DNA of 64,000 bases from an uncultured Acidobacteriota bacterium (GTDB lineage: Bacteria > Acidobacteriota > Terriglobia > UBA7540), in the NCBI GenBank assembly GCA_963804995.1, contig CAWDSK010000005.1, positions 960,001 through 1,024,000 on the forward strand, in the 5' to 3' direction. This document shows, in pieces, positions 63,791 to 64,000 of the stretch. The notes below the pieces were generated by a model. It ran no database searches, had not been told where the DNA came from, and saw nothing but the letters and a program-made list of their open reading frames with translations. Position numbers and translations under genes: made by a program. Every line of letters starts with the position of its first letter. The first letter of the stretch is position 1.

Positions 63791-64000
63791 CCTGAGCGCG
63801 CCCCTACTTTAGTGGCGGTCTACGACCGTCGGGGTGGTGCTGATCGTGGCGGCAAGCCGCGCGGATAACCACCCTGTTACCATCAGGTGCTCGCGTAACC
63901 ACCCCGTCGCCTCCGGCGCCACCCCTCCTAAATTAGGAGGGGAGTTCTTAAAAACACTCCCCTCGTCAGGAGGGGAGGAGGGAGAAAATGCCGGTTCGGC

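Overview
GC-rich bacterial sequence. The gene content (Oar-type TonB receptor, LDSWKEIA-HTH/TPR regulator, kinase-TPR, many Tat-signal oxidoreductases) suggests Acidobacteriota; this is inference only. The window has two parts. (1) About 0.4-22.8 kb is an accessory region. It holds four type II toxin-antitoxin loci, each bracketed by REP/REPIN-based repeats, and a three-gene candidate defence operon (tandem NDT-like domains fused to a P-loop ATPase, a nuclease-fold protein, a membrane protein). It also holds an IS1182 nested in a REP hairpin inside a MITE, a two-gene IS4/IS701-like element that duplicated a whole 22-bp REP hairpin, an IS1595 relic, and a V4R/STAS/SphA signalling cluster. (2) About 22.9-62.6 kb is mostly glycan and peptide catabolism: beta-helix protein, double hydrolase, amidohydrolases, GH3, GH78, GH42-like, TIM-barrel isomerases, Gfo/Idh/MocA enzymes, a TonB receptor, S9 and M55 peptidases, and a DegT aminotransferase. 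Intergenic DNA is dense with nested REPs, REPINs and MITEs that insert into hairpin loops, including a RAYT remnant and one REP inserted in frame in a peptidase gene. Five genes carry +1 base-doubling frameshifts that look like sequencing errors. I saw no rRNA, tRNA or CRISPR array. All family calls come from motif recognition by eye; no database searches were run.
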